Below are positions 61,392 to 64,000 of a DNA stretch of 64,000 nt, piece by piece. The translations under genes were made by a program, and so were the position numbers. Position 1 is the first letter of the stretch. Every line of letters begins with the position of its first letter. Under the pieces are notes generated by a model. That model was given only the letters and a program-made list of their open reading frames with translations, had not been told where the DNA came from and did not search any database. The DNA is from an uncultured delta proteobacterium (GTDB lineage Bacteria > Myxococcota_A > Polyangia > Palsa-1104), in the NCBI GenBank assembly GCA_963785725.1, contig CAWAWS010000024.1, forward strand, positions 96,001-160,000. The letters are read 5' to 3'.

Positions 61392-62711
61392 TTAGGGCAG
61401 CTGTTCGCGCGTGAAGTTGCGGACGCCGTCGGCGCGCACCTGCAGGTCGTCTTCGATGCGAATGCCGCCGAACGGCGCCAACGCGTCGACGAGGTTCCAA
61501 TCGACGAGGCCGGGTCGCGCCGCGTTGACGCCCGCGCGCAACGGATCGAGCAGCATCGGCGTGAAGTAGATGCCGGGCTCGATGGTGAACACTTGGTCGA
61601 CGGAGATCTTCGACGTGTTGCGGAGCCACGGGTTCTCGGCTTTGGGCTTGACCTCCGCGCAGCCGACGTCGTGGCAGGTGAGGCCGAGCGAATGGCCGAG
61701 GCCGTGCGGGAAGAAGGCGCGCGTCAGGCCGGCGGCGAGCGCTTCGTCGGGGCTCGCTTTGGCGACGCCTATTTCGCACAAGATGGCGGCGATCTGGCGG
61801 TGCGCGTCGTCGTGCAATTGCTCGTACGGCTTGCCGACAGCGACGGCGGCGCACAACCGCTGCTGCATGGCTTCGGTCTGCGCGACGAGGCCGGCGAACG
61901 CGCTCGCGCCCGCGCCGTCGCCTTTGACATAGGTGCGCGTGATGTCGCTGCAGTAGCCGTTGCAGGCGGCGCCGGCGTCGAGCAGCAGCGACTCGGCCGA
62001 GCGCGCCCGCGGCTGCTTGCGATAGGAGACGTGATGCAGCGTGGCCGCGTTCTCGCCGAGCGCGACGATGTTCTTGTACGGCGTCTCCGGATCGTCCTGC
62101 GCCGTCGCCTGCAAATACAGGAGGTGCAGGTCGAGCTCGGAGCGATCGCCCGCCAAGAACGCCTGATGCAGCGCGCGATGACCGAGCGCGGCCACGCGGT
62201 TGGCTTCGTCGATCGAGGCCAGCTCGTAAGGCGTCTTGTGCACGCGCGTTTGATCGAACGCCTTCATGAGCCCGGCCGGATTGGACTCGCGGATGCCCCA
62301 TTGATCGGCGCGCGCCGTCTCTTCGCCGACGAACGCGAGCCGACCCGACGGATGCAGATGCGCGCGCGCGTCGGCCACGTCCTCGATGACGACGATGTCG
62401 AGCTGCGCCAGCCAGAAGTCGTTGTCCGGCACCGGCGGCTTTTCCCAGAAGTTCGGCGGCTGACACCAAATCAGCTTCGGCCGCTGTCCCGGTCGAATCA
62501 GCAGCGCGCAATCGGGCTGGGCCAGCGGCAACCAATGCTGAAACTCGGGTGTCGCGCGTAGCGGCCAATATTGATCGTCGAACATCGTCCGCGACTTGGC
62601 GACGCCGGAGTGAATGGCGACGGCGTCGTAACCGTGCTCGCCGAGCGCCTTCGCGTAGCGACGCTCGAGCTCGGCCAGGTGCGCGCGATGCAGCTTCTGC
62701 CAGTCGTGCAT
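61392..62711 (-). CDS. pepQ: Xaa-Pro dipeptidase
   Basis: LLDAGA, SDITRT, PHGLGHSLGL..HDV, TIEPGIYF and GGIRIED. Confidence 0.9.
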   Translation of the reverse strand: MHDWQKLHRAHLAELERRYAKALGEHGYDAVAIHSGVAKSRTMFDDQYWPLRATPEFQHWLPLAQPDCALLIRPGQRPKLIWCQPPNFWEKPPVPDNDFWLAQLDIVVIEDVADARAHLHPSGRLAFVGEETARADQWGIRESNPAGLMKAFDQTRVHKTPYELASIDEANRVAALGHRALHQAFLAGDRSELDLHLLYLQATAQDDPETPYKNIVALGENAATLHHVSYRKQPRARSAESLLLDAGAACNGYCSDITRTYVKGDGAGASAFAGLVAQTEAMQQRLCAAVAVGKPYEQLHDDAHRQIAAILCEIGVAKASPDEALAAGLTRAFFPHGLGHSLGLTCHDVGCAEVKPKAENPWLRNTSKISVDQVFTIEPGIYFTPMLLDPLRAGVNAARPGLVDWNLVDALAPFGGIRIEDDLQVRADGVRNFTREQLP

Positions 62712-62760
62712 GGGGAGCGAGGCTAGCACGAACTTTGGCGGCCGATTACGCGGCCGATTT

Positions 62761-63837
62761 ATGGTAAGACGGGCCGTGGCCGGCGACGCATATGTGTTGA
62801 TCATGGCGGGTGGTGGCGGGACGCGACTGTGGCCGGCGAGCCGAAAGCGGCGGCCGAAACAGTTCCTGCCCATGCTCGAAGGGGGCGGTACGCTGCTCGG
62901 CGAGACGGTGGCGCGCGTGCAAGGCCTGGTGCCGGCCGAGCGTATCCTCATCGTCACCGCGGCCGACCAAATCGACGAGTGTCTGCGCGCCGCGCCGTCG
63001 GTGCCGCGCGACAACGTCGTGGTCGAGCCGCAGGCGCGCAACACGGCGGCGTGCATCGGCTTGGGCGCGCTCGAGGTCTTGCGCCGCGATCCGGCGGGCG
63101 TGCTGGCGGTGTTGCCGTCCGACCAATGGGTGCGCGACGCCGCCGGCTATCGCGACACGCTCGAGCGCGCCATCGACGTCGCGCGCAGCGGCGCCATCGT
63201 CACCATCGGCATCGTGCCCGACGCGCCCGAGACCGGCTTTGGCTACTTGGAGCTGGGCGCGGAGACCGAGCGCGGCGTCCGGGTCGTCGACAAGTTCGTC
63301 GAGAAGCCGAACAGGGCGACGGCCGAGCAGTATGTCGCCGGCAAACGTCACCTGTGGAACTCGGGCATGTTCGTCTTTGCGGCCAAGCGGCTGCTCGAAG
63401 CCGTGCGCGCGCACATGCCGCAGCTGGCCGACATCCTCCACCAAATCGCCGAAGCGCCCGAGCGCACCGAGGAGCTCTATCCGCGCGCGCCGGCGCAGTC
63501 GATCGACTACGGCGTCATGGAGAAGCTGCCACGCGGCGACGTGTTCGTCGTGCCCGGCGACTTCGGCTGGAACGACGTCGGCAGCTGGTCGGCGCTCGGC
63601 AGCTTGCGCGCCGCCGACGGCGACGGCAACACGAGCGCGGCCGACAGCGTGACGATCGACGCGCGCGGCAACGTCCTGTACGCCGAGGGCAAGCAGCTCA
63701 TCGCCGCCGTCGGAGTCGAGAATCTCGTGATCGTCGCCACCGGGGACGCCATCTTGGTGATGCCGAAGTCGCGCGCCCAAGACGTGAAAGAGGTCGTCAA
63801 GCGCCTAGAAACGACGCATCGCAAGGAGCTGTTATGA
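62761..63837 (+). CDS. manC: Mannose-1-phosphate guanylyltransferase
   Basis: IMAGGGGTRLWPASR, PKQF, RNTA, FVEKP, SIDYGVMEK and WNDVGSW. Confidence 0.92.
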   Translation: MVRRAVAGDAYVLIMAGGGGTRLWPASRKRRPKQFLPMLEGGGTLLGETVARVQGLVPAERILIVTAADQIDECLRAAPSVPRDNVVVEPQARNTAACIGLGALEVLRRDPAGVLAVLPSDQWVRDAAGYRDTLERAIDVARSGAIVTIGIVPDAPETGFGYLELGAETERGVRVVDKFVEKPNRATAEQYVAGKRHLWNSGMFVFAAKRLLEAVRAHMPQLADILHQIAEAPERTEELYPRAPAQSIDYGVMEKLPRGDVFVVPGDFGWNDVGSWSALGSLRAADGDGNTSAADSVTIDARGNVLYAEGKQLIAAVGVENLVIVATGDAILVMPKSRAQDVKEVVKRLETTHRKELL

Positions 63838-64000
63838 ACCCGCGCGTCTTCCGTGAGTACGACATTCGAGGCAACGCCGATCGCGACCTCGACGACGGCT
63901 TCGTCAACCTGCTCGGCAAGGCCATCGGCAGCCACTTGAAGCGCTCGGGCGCCCGCCGCATCACGCTCGGCCGCGACTGCCGCGTGCACTCGCCCAGGCT
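63834..64000 (+). CDS. manB: Phosphomannomutase/phosphoglucomutase, N-terminal fragment
   Basis: MNPRVFREYDIRG...LGRDCRVHSP; runs off the window end. Confidence 0.85.
   Translation, partial: MNPRVFREYDIRGNADRDLDDGFVNLLGKAIGSHLKRSGARRITLGRDCRVHSPR

Overview
High-GC bacterial chromosome segment, most likely Myxococcota (inferred from a CglC-like lipoprotein, a TraB-like OmpA/TSP3 protein, a PEGA Ser/Thr kinase, many lipoproteins and a split atp operon). Much of it is housekeeping: atpF'FHAGDC (12.0-18.0 kb) and atpZIBE (52.8-54.6 kb), prs, rpsP-khpA-rimM-trmD-SPOUT-rplS-yraN, rimO, coaX, gyrA-hemL, trxB, pepQ and manC-manB. Accessory content includes an outer-membrane locus (0-6.6 kb), signalling genes, a UshA-like multiheme cytochrome with a 4-gene ABC cassette, and a FAM20-like kinase. 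I recognised no tRNA, rRNA, CRISPR array, transposase or prophage gene. About 18 single-base indels break essential genes; most look like two alleles superimposed, so I read them as a mixed-strain consensus artefact rather than pseudogenes. The most unusual signals lie between genes. (1) A ~90-bp repeat family sits at GTGA stop/start junctions inside operons and encodes a 30-31 aa 'SERERAN' mini-ORF that recreates the GTGA overlap at both ends. (2) A second ~90-bp structured repeat, with a compensatory base-pair change, occurs three times, always between convergent genes. (3) Both halves of the split ATP synthase operon share one promoter motif. All calls come from reading the sequence and recalling family motifs; no database searches were run.
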